DNA from: Eledone cirrhosa
Lineage: Eukaryota
DNA: 64,000 bases
Assembly (NCBI GenBank): GCA_964016885.1
Contig: OZ024743.1
Location: forward strand, 301,630,001-301,694,000
Direction of reading: 5' to 3'
Of this stretch, positions 1 to 18,678 are shown piece by piece. The translations under genes and the position numbers were made by a program. A model generated the notes under the pieces. That model was given only the letters and a program-made list of their open reading frames with translations. It made no database searches and was not told the DNA's origin. How positions within the stretch are numbered: the stretch's first letter is position 1; every line of letters begins with the position of its first letter.

Positions 1-116
1 TAGCAGATGCAGAAATACATATACCGAAATATACTGTATTTCGTTCGGACAGGAAGGAGAGAACTCATGGTGGGGTTGCTCTGTATATCCGTGAAGATGT
101 CACACCAATTGTACTG

Positions 117-1226
117 TTGACACATTCAAACTCAGTCTGTGACACACTGATAATACATATGAAGCAACTACAGACGGTAATATGTGTCACATATCGGCCG
201 CCCGATGCCCCCAGTCATGAGGGTAAATTTGAGGATAGCCTAAGTAGGATAGAAGAGGTCCTTGACAAACTGGACCAGGGTCTCAACATCCTACTGCTGG
301 GAGACTTCAACCTACCAAAGGTCAAATGGCCTGAGGGCCACCTCCTCCCTGGAATGACGTCAATAGAACAGAGACAGACGGAATCCCTGCTGGCCCTCAC
401 ACACAGGCTGTTCATGGAGCAAGCAATACTCCTCCCAACAAGAGGCGAAAATGTCCTGGACCTCTGTTTTACAAACAACGAAGTGCTCATCCACAATGTA
501 ATGGTGACACCAACAATTCTCTCGGATCATAACTTGGTAGAGCTAATGATATGTGGTCCAAGAGAACCAACAGAGACAAAACCACCAAGAAGCTCCGGGA
601 CGCTATCCAGCCTTAACTTCTACGGGGCTGACTGGAAGAAGATTAAGAGTGAAATCCGGAAGCAAACATGGAGTGCAAACATCGCCACACAAGACACTAA
701 CACACAATTTCAACACTTCATGACAACGATACACACCATATGCAAAAAGTGTGTCCCGGAGAAAGAGGCAAACAGACACAAAAATCTTATTCCCAGAGAT
801 AGGAAAATCCTTATGAGACGTAGAACTAAACTCTCAAACCAGTTGAATAGTCAACAAAACCAAAACAAGAAGGAATCCTATTTGAAACGTGCACTACTTG
901 ACACCGAGATTGCACTCAAGCTTTCACATGAGAATGAGAGGGCAAGGAAAGAGAACAGGGCCATAGAAAACATTAAAACAAACCCTAAGGCCTTCTTTAA
1001 ATTTGCAAAAGAAACTGCCTCAGTACACTGCAAGATTGGACCACTCTTCCACACGGACGGTTCATTAACTGAAAATCCCCAAGAGATATGTGAAATACTG
1101 AACGAACAGTACAATAGTGTCTTCACATGTCCACTGAGGCACATGCAAATAACGAAGCCAGAGGAGTTCTTTGATGCCACAACACTACATCAAGACATCA
1201 AGAAATGGCAACCATCAACCACATAG
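117..1226 (+). pseudogene. CR1 ORF2, APE endonuclease and linker portion
   Basis: YRPP, LLGDFNLP, LDLCF, SDH and NPKAFF motifs. The frame is open from before position 117. Separated from the RT portion by a frameshift near 1200 and a TAG at about 1235. Confidence 0.88.
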
Positions 1227-1243
1227 ACATAACCTAGGAGGAT

Positions 1244-2851
1244 GTGGTGTACGCCATTGATGAAATTAGAACAGACTCGGCTGCTGGACCTGATGGATTC
1301 CCAGCAGTTCTCCTAAAAATATGTAAGCGGGCCTTAGCAACTCCACTGAAGATGCTCTTCAGAAGCTCCTTGGCTAGCGGTGTACTACCCAGGGAGCTGA
1401 AAGAAGGCACAATATGCCCTATCCATAAAGGAGGTAGTAGAGCGGAGGCCAAGAACTATAGGCCAGTCTCCCTGACGTCGCATATCAGTAAGGTCATGGA
1501 GCGAGTCGTCAGAAAGAAACTAATCACTTTCCTCGAAGAAAATGACCGCCTGACTAGCACGCAACATGGCTTCCGCCCAGGAAGAAGCTGCCTTACACAG
1601 CTGCTACATCACTACGACTGGGTACTGAGACAACTACTAGACAGCTCACATGTAGACGTGATATATCTTGACTTTGCGAAGGCCTTTGACAAGGTCGACC
1701 ACGGAATGATATGTCACAAACTACACGGACTCGGCATAACTGGAAAAGTAGGTGAGTGGCTGCATGGCTTCTTAATGGACAGAATCCAGGCAGTCGCAGC
1801 AAATGGGGCCCTCTCGAGGGAAACACCGATAACAAGTGGGGTGCCTCAGGGGACAGTCCTGGGACCACTACTGTTTTTGGTGGCTCTCTCGGACATGCCC
1901 TCTGTGGTGCATGCAACAACATCCCTCACTAGCTATGCTGATGACACTAAGGTAGCACAGGCAATAAAAAACCCGGCTGACGCTGCCCTCTTACAGCAGG
2001 ATCTGGATGCCATATACAGATGGGCGGAAGAAAACAACATGCAGTTTAATGCTGGCAAATTCCAAGCCCTACAATACAAACCTGCAAACACAAACACAAA
2101 TATAGCGGAACACAGCTACACAGGACCAGGAGGGACCGATATCCCCGTGTCAAAATCGATACGAGACCTGGGCATAGACATGAGCGATGATGCATCTTTT
2201 TCTTCACACATCATGAAGGTGGCGACAGCATGTAGACGATTCGCTGGCTGGATCTTGAGGACTTTCCTTACAAGAGATCGAGACACCATGTTGACACTGT
2301 GGAGGACTTTTGTCCTAAGCCGCCTGGACTACTGCTCCCAGCTGTGGTCACCCCATAGTGTCAAACTAACCACAGAGCTTGAGGCAATCCAGCGAAGCTA
2401 CACCAAGAGGATTGCCAAGATGAGGGAGACAAGCTACTGGGAGAGGCTGAAGGAACTGAACCTCTACTCCTTGGAGCGAAGACGGGAGAGATACGCAGTG
2501 ATCTACATGTGGAAAATCCTGGAGGGACTAGCACCAAACTTTGGCATTGGGAGCTGGACCAACCGTCGAACAGGACGTCACTGTGTGGTGCCAAAGGTCC
2601 CGTCTTCCACATCTAGAATAAGGAGCAGGTATTGCAATAGCCTGGGATTCAAGGGCCCTCAACTCTTCAACAGGCTGCCGAGGCATCTGCGAGACTTGCA
2701 TGACGTGGAGGTGGATGTCTTTAAGAAACATCTCGACACCTTGTTATCCAGGATCCCGGATGAGCCCACAGCAAGACACGAGGGAAACCTAAGGCCAGCA
2801 GCAACAAACTCCCTCCTACACCAGTGGCCAACCTATACAGGCTGGAGATAA
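1244..2851 (+). pseudogene. CR1 ORF2, reverse transcriptase portion (535 aa uninterrupted)
   Basis: AGPDG, NYRPVSLTS, YLDFAKAFD, GVPQG, YADD, DLGI and SLERRR motifs. Confidence 0.92.
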
Positions 2852-2909
2852 AATGTGTAGCAACAAGGGCGGTGCCCCAGCATGGCCTCAGCCGGATGGC
2901 TGAAACAGG

Positions 2910-2933
2910 TAAAAGAGTAAAAGAGTAAAAGAG

Positions 2934-2936
<3 letters not shown>
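2910..2936 (+). repeat. (TAAAAGAG)3 3' tail of the CR1 element
   Basis: Three exact 8-bp repeats directly after the 3' UTR hairpin. CR1 elements typically end in short tandem repeats. Confidence 0.85.
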
Positions 2937-3513
<577 letters not shown>

Positions 3514-3694
3514 TATGAAGTACGAAGAAATATTAGACATAAATAAATACCCATTGTTTTTTCAAATTCCCGACTGTAAAGATGTAACATTTTTGTGAGG
3601 TAGGCCGACTTTTCAAGGGAATACCTCAGGGAAAAGTTTCAAAACAGATCTGCATCCCGCGAGAAAATCTAGAAAATGCGATGGGAAACACTAT

Positions 3695-6125
<2,431 letters not shown>

Positions 6126-6500
6126 ACAAAGAAAAAATATAGTGCCTGATTGTGGATGTGGCCTGCCCATCCGACACGAGAGTGCAAGAGAGGGAGAGGG
6201 AGAAAATTAACCGATACCAGGACTGAAAGTGGGGGGTAAAAAGGATTTGGAACTGCCGTGAAGTCAAAGTGGTCCCGATTGTCATAGGCGCACTAGGTAC
6301 TATCTCAAAAATTTTCCAGGGATGGTTAAAGGAAATTGGCCCCTTCACACATTTTGGAACGCTTCAGAAGGCATGCTTGCTGGGTACAGCAAGAACCCTC
6401 CGATACGTCCTGAATATCTGAGGCTGCAGGTACTGGCTTGATATTCATTTCAACAAACTTTCCAGTTCACTAACATCAATGACTGAGACTCAAAGAATAA
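6126..6500 (+). mobile_element. R4/Dong family A, short 3' copy
   Basis: Direct repeat of about 5723-6095 (end of RLE domain plus 3' UTR). Confidence 0.9.
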
Positions 6501-7348
6501 GTGGTTGGCATCCTCTGGACTGAAATCGGAGACTGAAGGACTGATTATATCCGCACAAGATCAGTGTCTGCCAACAAAAAATCACCAAGCCAACATAATA
6601 AAAAATGGGTGCAGCCCATTATGCCGTGTATGCAAAAAACAACCAGAGACCATTGACCATATAATTTCAATGTGCAGTCCTATAGCTCCAACCGAATACC
6701 TAAACAGGCATGACAGAGCTGCACAATACATACATTGGATAATGTGTAAGCATTTTGACCTGCCCCATCAAAAGAATTGGTGGGAACATCAACCACCTCC
6801 CATACTTGAAAAAGATCACATCTCAATCTTGTGGAACTTTAGCATCCAAACAGACCTAAAAATAGATGCAAATAGACCTGATATAATATTGAAGGACTTT
6901 CAAAGGAGGGTATGCCTGCTAATTGATATGTCTGTTCCAATAGACAAGAATGTATCTATAAAAACATTTGAAAAATTGAGCAAGTATAAGGACCTGGAGA
7001 TAGAAATTGGAAAAATGTGGAAATTGAGAACTAAAACACTACCAGTGGTTGTAGGCGCTCTGGGAATGATACCCAAGGGGTCTAACGACTACTTATCGCA
7101 AATCCCAGGAAACCCGCGTATAGGAGAAATACAAAAGATAGTACTAATGGGAACTGCCCATATACTAAGGAAGATCCTGTCAATATAAGTACATCACAAG
7201 TCTAAACACTAAGGATGCATGTGTGAATATGTATGTTCTTTCTTGAACATGGCGGACCTTGTTGTCTCTTGAGGTCACTGGTTGTGACTTGGTGATAACT
7301 CGTATAAACATAAAGCAAGATAAATGCAAATAATAATAATAATAATAA
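6501..7348 (+). mobile_element. R4/Dong family B, 3' copy (ORF 6505-7188: CCHC + RLE) with (TAA)n tail
   Basis: CRVC..H..C, RHD and RPDIILKD motifs. Near-identical to 14972-15793. TAA tail at 7329-7348. Confidence 0.92.
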
Positions 7349-8409
7349 GGGAAGAAGACGCACGAGGTGGTAGAAGGTCATGAAATCGCTCCCGTAAGTT
7401 TTGAATTTTTAACATATTTAAATCATTTGTGAAATAACAACTCTTAGTACAAATGCTACGTAAAGCATCCGGCTTGAGCCCCCAAAAAGTTCGGACCCAA
7501 AATATATTGTTATAAGGCTCAAATACTCAAATATTCAACTTTGTATTGTACATTCAAAAAAGAAAATGGCTATAAATGGATGATGAACCCCCCCCCCCCC
7601 TCTGTCTACACTATATAGAACAGCCAAACAACACCAGTCTCGCCAACATCAGAAACTAGATACACCACCTACCCCATCACCTCTCTGTGTACACTAAATA
7701 CAACAGCCAGATAACGGCAAATTCACCACCACCACAACCAATCTCAACATAATAATGATAATAATAAATACTATTATTATTGTCCCAAGTTTTAACAAAA
7801 TGGTTCATCCCAACATTAAGGGAATTTAGGTCATATACGCGACTAAACCCATAGATTCACCGAAAGGACATCAATCCTTCATTGCTACCACCGCTACAAC
7901 ACCATCACTACAGTAATACGACCACATCACCACCACCACTCCCATCAGTACTACCACTACCCCATCACCGCCGCCACCACTCCTTCATTGCTACCACCGC
8001 TACAACACCATCACTACAGTAATACAACCACATCACCACCACCACTGCCTCGGTATCGACATCACCACCACCACTGTCTCAGTATCGCTACCGCCGCTAT
8101 TCTCTCTCCCATTGCTTCCTGCTAGTTGCTGCCACCACATTATAGAATTCCTACTAAAAAAGAAGAAGGCATCAAAATATATGGATAGACTCAAGAGAAA
8201 AAAAGAAAAAATGAACATCAAAACCAAAGCAGCACAGCAACAACAGCAAAAGAAGAGAAAAACAAACAGAGAAAAACAAAAACAACAAAAAACAAAAAAC
8301 AAAAAAAAAACGTAAAGAAAATAAGAATGAAGAGAGAAACAAGCGGACGGACAGGGAAGAGAAGGGAAAAACTAAGTCAGACATTCGAACACTACATTAC
8401 AATGAAACT

Positions 8410-11400
8410 TATGCTTATTCATGTTTGGGGCCCTTTCTGCCTGTGTGTTTATTTGTTTATGTGTGTTCGTCTACAGCGTGGTGATAATGCCACACAAGAG
8501 CCAAGTAGAGCGGCGCAACCACCGGAGACGGTGAATCCACAGATGGCTATGTAACCATACATTCGCCAATCCTCGATAAGTGTGTTTAAATATCGAACCT
8601 AAACAGTTCGAGTAACGGTGAAATGGAGACTAGAACGTCATGTGACAGACTCTCACCCAACAGGTGCTCCCTGGCTCAGCAGCAGCAACCTGACTGTCAA
8701 CCAAATACTGCTGGTGTCGGAGGAAGAAGAAGAAGGGAAGGGACCAGAACCAACTGGACGAAAGAATTGAATAGAACTGTTATGCAATGTTACCTGAAAA
8801 GTAACCCCAAGGAGAGGGCTATAGGAGACGGATGCATAACAACTGGAACGAGATTGGTCTATTTAAATTAGATGAACAAAAATTGGCCGGGCAGGCTCGG
8901 GTAATAAGAACTAATGGGTGGATAAGCGAGCTGGAACTGCAGGAACTGAGCAGAGAGATTAGCTTGGAGATGGAGGGTGGAGTATGCCAGGCAAACGAGC
9001 CAGTGGGAAATGAAAGTGAAGAGGTCGAGAGAACGGAGTAGCCACCCGAAGCAGACAATGATCTGGATACTGAGATAAATAATACCTGGAAGAGAGATAC
9101 GGCCACCGAGGAGATGAATGCTGACAGGCTAGGACAAGATTCGGTTGACATCCTAAATCTAGTGGTAGATGAATTGAACAATGATAGTGGGAGACCTATG
9201 AACCTAAGATTTGTAGACAGGAAAAAGTTAAAAGAAACAATAGCTAGGGTAAACAAAGTCATCCCATACCTTGAGGCGAGGAGCCTTCACCAGTGCAACA
9301 ATATCCTCAAAGCAACAGCAAATACGGTGAGGAAACTACTTGGTATAAAAGCGAGAGGAAACAACAGACAAGAAAGAGCAGAGCCTTGGTGGAAGAAACG
9401 ACTGAATGGTCAAATCGGGGAAATGAGAAATGACATTGGAAAGCTTGAGTCACTACTGAATGGGACACTAAAAAACATAGACACTAAAAATAGACTGGAA
9501 ATAAAGTACAAAACTAGGAGGAAAAAGCTAAATATGATCATAGAGGAACTGAAGCAACGCATTGTAGCAAAGAGTGCAAAAATCAGTCGATACGAGAACA
9601 GAGTCAGTCAGTATAAACAGAACCGCACTGTTTCGACGACAACCAGAAGCTGTTTGGACAGCTTGAGGGGAAAGAAAGAGGCAACGACTTGATCCCTGAG
9701 GCGGAACAAACTAAAACATTCTGGACAGGAATATGGGAGCAGGATGTTAGACATGATGACCAGGCAGGGTGGATTGAGACAGTACAGAGGGAGATCGGTG
9801 AGCAGGCACACCAACAAACTGATTTGAGTATCACAGTTGAAACTCTTAAGGGGCAGGCCAAAAAACTAACCAACTGGAAATCACCAGGCCCAGATGGTGT
9901 GCAGGGGTATTGGATTAAAAACTTAACATCCCTCCACCCGAAATTGACAGCCATGTTCAATGACTGCTTGATGTCAGGTGAGGTACCGGAATGGTTGACA
10001 AAAGGTACCACAGTTCTGATAATAAAAGACCGAATCAAGGGTAATGATGTTACCATCTATAGACCTATCACATGTCTGTCCGTAATGTGGAAACTGTTGA
10101 CAAGCATTATGTCTAAGGAAATCTACCATCACCTCCACACAGACAACATGTTACCGGACGAACAGAAAGGATTGCCGAAAGAAGTCACGTGGTACAAAGG
10201 ACCAGTTACTTATTAATAAGATGGTAATGAGGAATTGCAAGAGGAGAAACACTGGTCTTGCCATGGGATGGATAGACTACAAAAAGCATTTGACATGGTG
10301 CCTCATTCTTGGATCACCAAAAGCCTGGAGATCTTCAAGGTGGCAGATAACATCAGGCAGTTGCTGGGCAGGAGTATGAGGTCCTGGGAGACAGAGTTGA
10401 CATCAACTGGAGAATCCTTGGGAAGCGTGAAGATCAAGAGATGTATCTTCCAGGGAGATAGCCTGTCCCCTCTGTTGTTTGTCCTTGCCCTGATGCCCCT
10501 GACCATCGTGCTGCGAAAAGTGAGAGCAGGATACAAGTTGGGATAAGGAGGGCTTACCATCAAACACCTGATCTTCATGGACGATCTTAAGCTCTTCGGG
10601 AAGAGTGAGAAGGAGTTGGATGTGCTTGTTGACACTGTCCGTATTTTCAGCAGTGATATATGTATGCAGTTTGGTATTAGTAAATGTGGAGTCATTGTGA
10701 TGAGGAGGGGTAGGTTGAGCAGAAGTAACGGAATTCAGATACCAACAGGTGAGATGATAAAGGAAATTGACTATGAGGAAGGATACAAGTATTTGGGCGT
10801 TCTGGAGGCTGATGAAATAAAGAACAACAAAAATTAAGGAATTGTTAAGAACTGAATACATTCGGAGAGTAAGGATCGTATTGAAGTCACATCTGAACAG
10901 CAGACATGCCATAAGCGCAGTCAATTCACGAGCTGTGTCTATTATTAGGTACAGTGCGGGAATTCTGAGATGGAATGTTGCTGAACAAAAAGAAATGGAT
11001 AGGAAGACTAGGAAGCTATTGACTATCTACAACATGTTCCACAAGAGGAGTTGTGTCGATAGATTCTACCTAAGGAGATCTGAGTGTGGAAGAGGTATTA
11101 TCAGCATAGAGGACTGTGTTCAGATGGAGAAAAACAACCTACACAAATACGTGACTGATAATAAGGAGCCAATGCTCAGAATTGTACTGAAGGAGGGGAC
11201 AATAGGCCAGGGGATGTCCAAGGAGGAAATAACATCAAGGAGTAAGAGCAGCCTTCAGGGAAAATCCCTTCATAGTACCTTCTTTGAGAAAACTGAATTT
11301 AGAGATCCACACACATGGAACTGGTTGAGAAGAGGAGACCTCAAAAAGGCTACATAAGGAATGTTAATGGCTGCACAGGAGCAGGCCCTCAAAACGAACT

Positions 11401-12085
11401 GGTTGAAACACCATATTTACAAGGAGGAGGCTAGCCCCCTGTGCAGGATCTGTGGAGAGAGAGAGGAGACTGTGGCTCACATTGTATCCGAGTGTAAACA
11501 CCTAGCCCAGACCCACTATAAGGGCTGGAGACATGATGTGATGGGCAGGGTGATCCACTGGCACCTGTGCAAAGTAAACAATTTACAACATTCTGAGAAA
11601 TGGTATGAGCATAAGCCAGAGGCGGTGATGGAGAACGATCAGGTGAAGGTGCTGTGGGATTTTAGGATACAGACGGACAAGAAACTGGAACACAATAGAC
11701 CTGACCTGGTGGTTGTGGACAAAGAAAAAATCCGTGTCTGATTGTGGATGTGGCCTGCCCATTCGACACGAGAGTGCAAGAGAAGGAGAGGGAGAAAATT
11801 AACCGATACCAGGACTGAAAGTGGGAGGTAAAAAAGGATTTGGAACTGCCATGAAGTCTAAGTGGTCCAGATTGTCATAGGCGAACTAGGGACTATCTCA
11901 AAAAGTTTCCAGGGATGCTTAAAGAAAATTGGCCCCTTCACGCTTTTTGGAACGCTTCAAAAAGCATGCTTGCTGGGAACAGCAAGAACCCTCCGATAGG
12001 TCCTGAATATCTGAGGCTGCAGGTAGTGGCTTGCTATTCCTTTCAACAAACGTTCCAGTTAACTAACATCAATGACTGAGACTCA

Positions 12086-12156
<71 letters not shown>
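8410..12156 (+). mobile_element. R4/Dong family A, near full-length, inactivated by stops and frameshifts
   Basis: Collinear ORF fragments from 8623 to about 12014 (WKSPGPDG, YRPITCL, KAFDMVPH, QGDSLSPLLF, FMDD, CCHC, RPD). 3' UTR, then (TAA)n at 12087-12156. The 5' boundary is approximate. Confidence 0.92.
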
Positions 12157-12157
<1 letters not shown>

Positions 12158-15100
12158 CGAAATACTCCTACTGTTGGCCCTCCAAGCTCACCAACAAGAA
12201 ATCCAAAGAAAAAGAGAGAAAAATGTTCAAGGGAAGATGATCAAGATGTCCTTGAGGCTTTCTACACTGCCATGTACTACCCATCAAATACATCGAATAC
12301 AGAACAGACATATATCAACTGGAAAAAGAAACATCCCGACAACAGAGGCTATATTGACAGTAACAAACTAGCCAATATACGAAGAAATATTGTAAAATAA
12401 AAGTTACTAACTGATATAGAAATTGATCAGATCAAGCTATTGGCACAAAGTCAGCGAAGGGAAAATGAGACATGTGTCAGTGAAAACGAGGTAAATTGTA
12501 AGACTTCGAATACCAGGGTTGGGGCGGAATCACTGCCAACAGAACAAATTAAAGAAATGATCGAAAAAGTGGAGGGAGTGCATGCTCAAGATGAAACTCC
12601 AAATGAAAATAATGAGATCGTAAATGATAAAGAAATTAACGAGAATGAACTTGCCAACTTGAAGGATGAAATTATGATCGAATGGATGAAAATGAAATAA
12701 TCTGACATGGGGCAACGAGACACCCTCCCTAAGATCCAGAACTCCAAACAGAACCAAAAGATAATACACAAGACTAACATAATTCTCAAAAACATTATCA
12801 TCACAAACAAACTAAACATTACTGATTTAAATCATCTCTATTATGCATCGGCTAAAGTCACCACTCACTTACGTGGAGTGAAGATGAAAAAACAAAGGAA
12901 TTCCCACAAGAAATCTACTTGGCAAGAGAACATCGATCGCCAGATAAACCTTCTCCGATCTGACATAGAAATTTTAACAAACTATAAAGTAGGTGAATAT
13001 GTTAAACAAACTAAACTTAGAAGATTGAAAAGAAAGTACAGTATAAAATCATCAAGTGACATAGACATGCTGATAGAAATAATCAAGCAAAAAGTGTCGG
13101 CCAAAGCTACTCGTATAAGGCGCTTTGAAAAACGATCTAGATTCTATAAGGACAATAATATGTTCAAAAACAACCAAAGAAACTTCTACAGAAAAATTGG
13201 TAAGTCAACAATAACTGCTAAATCAATACCACCCAAGGAGGAAGTGCAAGAATTCTGGGAAAAGGTCTGGGCCGAAGAAAAAGTTCATAACATACATGCC
13301 CCATGGATAGACAGACAAATGAAAGATACAACTAACCTTGAAGAACAAATATGGGAAAATATAACAGTTGAAGAGTTGCGCTTGGCTCTGAGAAAAACAA
13401 GCAAATGGAAATCCCCAGGAAAAGACAAAATACAAAAGTTGTGGATAAATGCCTTCACAGAGTCTCATGAGCTGTTAGCCCAACTTTACAATGAAATAGT
13501 TAAGGAGCCAGAAAAGATACCATCATGGCTATTTAACGCCATTATATTCCTGCTTCCGAAGAATGATGAGACAAACAATCCCAACAATGACAGACCGATA
13601 ACTTGCTTGACCACAATGTATAACATTTTAACATCAGTCCTAACTGAATATACATATGACCACCTGATAACAAATGACCTATTTCCCATTGAGCAAAAAG
13701 GGTGTAAACGAGGCTCATATGGCTGTAAGGATCAGCTTTTGGTTAACAAAATGATACTAGAAGATTGTCATAATAGACACAAAAACATCTATCAATTGTT
13801 TGGATAGATTATAAAAAAGCATTCGATAGATTGCCACACAGTTGGATTGAAAAGTGTTTAGAGATTTTCAAAATATCCCCCGTTGTCAGGAGGTTTTTGT
13901 CATTCAGTATGAAGACATGGAAAACGACACTCCTTTTGAATAGTGAAACAAAATCACTGGAAGCTGGAGAAGTTAATATTAATTGTGGAATTTTTCAGGG
14001 TGACTCTTTATCACCGCTTTTATTCTGCATCGCAGTTATACCATTAAGTAAAATGCTTAATGAAACAAAACATGGATATAGAGTCTATGACAAGACCATT
14101 AATCACTTGTTCTACATGGATGAACTGAAGCTATTTGCAAAAAATGATGAACAATTACAAGGGCTATTATCCACTGTGAAGCAGTTCAGTGATGACATTA
14201 AAATGGAGTTTTTACTAGATAAATGCGCCAAAGCAACGTTCACCAGGGGAAAGCGGCTGAAGAGTTCAGACATTAATCTTGATCGGGGGAACGTGATAAG
14301 AGAACTTGATGAAGAGTTAACTTACAAATATCTAGGAGTTTGTGAAGGAGACGGAATCAAGCACTCGACAATGAGGGAATGGATAAGGAAGGAATGTTAC
14401 CGCAGAGTAAGAGCAATCTTAAGAACGGAATTGAATGCAAGGAATAGGATCGATGCCATAAACACGCTTGCCATACCAGTAGTAACCTACAGTTACAATA
14501 TCATCAACTGGTCAAGCACAGAGAATCCGTAGGCTCGATACAAAAATTCGAAAATTCTTAACCATACACAGAATGCATCACCCTAAGGCAGATACAAATA
14601 TAATATATCTCCCTAGGAAAGAAGGAGGACGTGGGTTAATCCAGTTAGACATTGCGTTGAAAACGGCAACAATTGGATTATCTACATATCTAAGGGAATC
14701 ACATGATTGGATGATCAAACTCGTTTTGAAACACGAAAGCATCAAAAGATCATATTCCATTACAAAAGATGCACAAAGATACAGTAATGGACTACAAATT
14801 TCAGAAGTCCCATTTACTGCTGAAATGGAAAACACAGAAAAAGCAGGTTAAAGTAACTGCAAAGAAATAACTGCTCCAGAAACTGGCTAAGAAATGGCAA
14901 GAAAAGACCCTGTATGGAAAATACCCAGAACGAGCTAACAATCCTGATGTTGACAAAACTTTAACCCATCAGTGGTTGGCATCCTCTGGACTGAAATCGG
15001 AGACTGAAGGACTGATTATATCAGGACAAGATTAGTGTCTGCCAACGAAAAATTACCAAGTCAACAATAAAAAATGGATGCAGCCCATTATGCCGTGTAT

Positions 15101-15793
15101 GCAAAAAACAACCAGAGACCATTGACCATATAATTTCAATGTGCAGTCCTATAGCTCCAACCGAATACCTAAACAGGCATGACAGAGCTGCACAATACAT
15201 ACATTGGATAATGTGTAAGCTTTTTGACCTGCCCCATCAAAAGAATTGGTGGGAGCATCAACCACCCCCCATACTTGAAAAAGATCACATCTCAATCTTG
15301 TGGAACTTTAGCATCCAAACAGACCTAAAAATAGATGCAAATAGACCTGATATAATATTGAAGGACTTTAAAAGGAGGGTATGCCTGCTTATTGATATGT
15401 CCGTTCCAATAGACAAGAATGTATATATAAAAACATTTGAAACATTTAGCACGTATAAGGACCTGGAGATAGAAATTGGAAAAATGTGGAAATTGAGAAC
15501 TAAAACAATACCAGTGGTTGTAGGCGCTCTGGTCTAATGATTACTTATCGCAAATCCCAGGAAACCCGCGTATAGGAGAAATACAAACTGCCCATATACT
15601 AAAGAAGATTCTGTCAATATAAGTATATCACAAGTCTAAACACTAAAGATGCATGTGTGAGTATGTATTTTCTTTCTTGAACATGGCGGATCTTGTTGTC
15701 TCTTGAGGTCACTGGTTGTGACTTGGTGATAACTCGTATGAACATAAAGCAAGATAAATGCAACTGTAATAATAATAATAATAATAATAATAA
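12157..15793 (+). mobile_element. R4/Dong family B, near full-length, degenerate
   Basis: ORF pieces 12440-15537 (WKSPGKD, RPITCL, EQKGC, QGDSLSPLLF, FYMDE, YKYLG, RHD, RPD). Starts at the TAA tail of the previous copy and ends in (TAA)n. Confidence 0.92.
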
Positions 15794-16240
15794 TGTGACA
15801 GACTCTCAACCAGTAAGTGCTCCCTGGCCCAGCAGCAGGGACCTGGTTGTCATCCAAATACTGCTGGATTTGAAGAATAAGAAGAAGGAAGTGACAAGAA
15901 CCAACTGGCAGAAATAATTGAATAGAACTGAAGAGTAACCCCAATGAAAAAGGCTATAGGAAATGGATGCACAACATCTGGAACGAGATTAGTCTATTTA
16001 AATTAGATGAACAAAAATTGGCCGTGCAGTCTCGGGTAATAACAATGTATGGATGGAACTGGAGGAACTGAGCAGAGAGATTAGTTTGGAAATGGAGTGT
16101 GGAGGCAAAGTAGCGAATGGGAAATGAAGGTGAAGAGTTTGAGTGAACGGAGGAACTATACGATGTAGACAATGATCTGAATGCTGGAATAAATAACATC
16201 TGGAACAAAGATACGGCCATTGAGGAAAATGGACAAAGGA
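15794..16240 (+). mobile_element. R4/Dong family A, diverged 5' fragment (3' part missing)
   Basis: Aligns by eye to 8641-9112. Confidence 0.85.
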
Positions 16241-16787
16241 TAATGATTCCTACAGCGGATAAGAGCGTATACTTTGAATAATAACGTAGTGCAGAAAAAA
16301 TAATATAGCAATATACGCCCCTCATAATATAAAGCATAGCAGCTGTAATTATCATTGGCAGCGCGTCAATGAAATTTAATTTTTCTTGTTTCTCAGCTAT
16401 CATATAACTAATTATTTACTGCAATCATTAGAATTGGCATAACTCTTTAACGTTCTGAGTTGTCAATAGATCAATAATATATATTACGAAGAAACGATTT
16501 GATTAAAATGTCTGCCATATGATGACATCCGTGCAATATAATATATCGTTTTATTCATTTTAAAACAAAGAATCATTTAAAATGATATGAAATAAAATTG
16601 GTGTCTTAAATCAAACGTATTGCCAATTTATGATTAATATTGGACGAGAGTAACGTGTTGTGTTTTGCATATTAATTAGATTTACTTTTAAGTAGGAGAA
16701 TGGCCTCATGTTATTTTTCCGAACATACTAACATATATATAAATTATGTAATAAAAAAATCCCCCCCCCCACACACACACACACAAA

Positions 16788-16825
<38 letters not shown>

Positions 16826-17295
16826 TGTCTGTGGTGGGGGAGGGGGTGATTATTTTATATATATATTTATATATATATATATATATATACACACACATTA
16901 TTGTGTGTGTGTTCTTAAATAAGCATATACAATAAAATAGGATATAAATCAATACGTGAATATAGTTGATTCGTAAATTGAAACATATATACTCTACTGC
17001 AATAATTTTTGTTTACCCTAATATAGACACAATTATATATCGTCATGATTTCATCAAATCACCAATCAAATTAGATATAATAGATTCATAAACACAATCA
17101 CATATTGTGACAACTCCGTTCCCTGTTATCTTCATATATATAAGATTACGAGTAAGTGAATTTGCTGCGCATAAATAGAGTATATACATCTCACTTTCAC
17201 CCGACGCACACACACACTCACTCTCTCACACATACATACACAGACACACAGATACAAAAGACGCACACATAAATCATATATATACATATACACAC

Positions 17296-18678
<1,383 letters not shown>

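Noticed and set aside
215-2731. Antisense ORFs over the CR1 element, and similarly over the Dong and Penelope ORFs
   Set aside because: Shadow frames of TE coding sequence with no motifs.
7875-8320. CAC/CAA-rich repeats and lysine-rich ORFs
   Set aside because: Low-complexity sequence with a local 66-bp duplication; no coding evidence.
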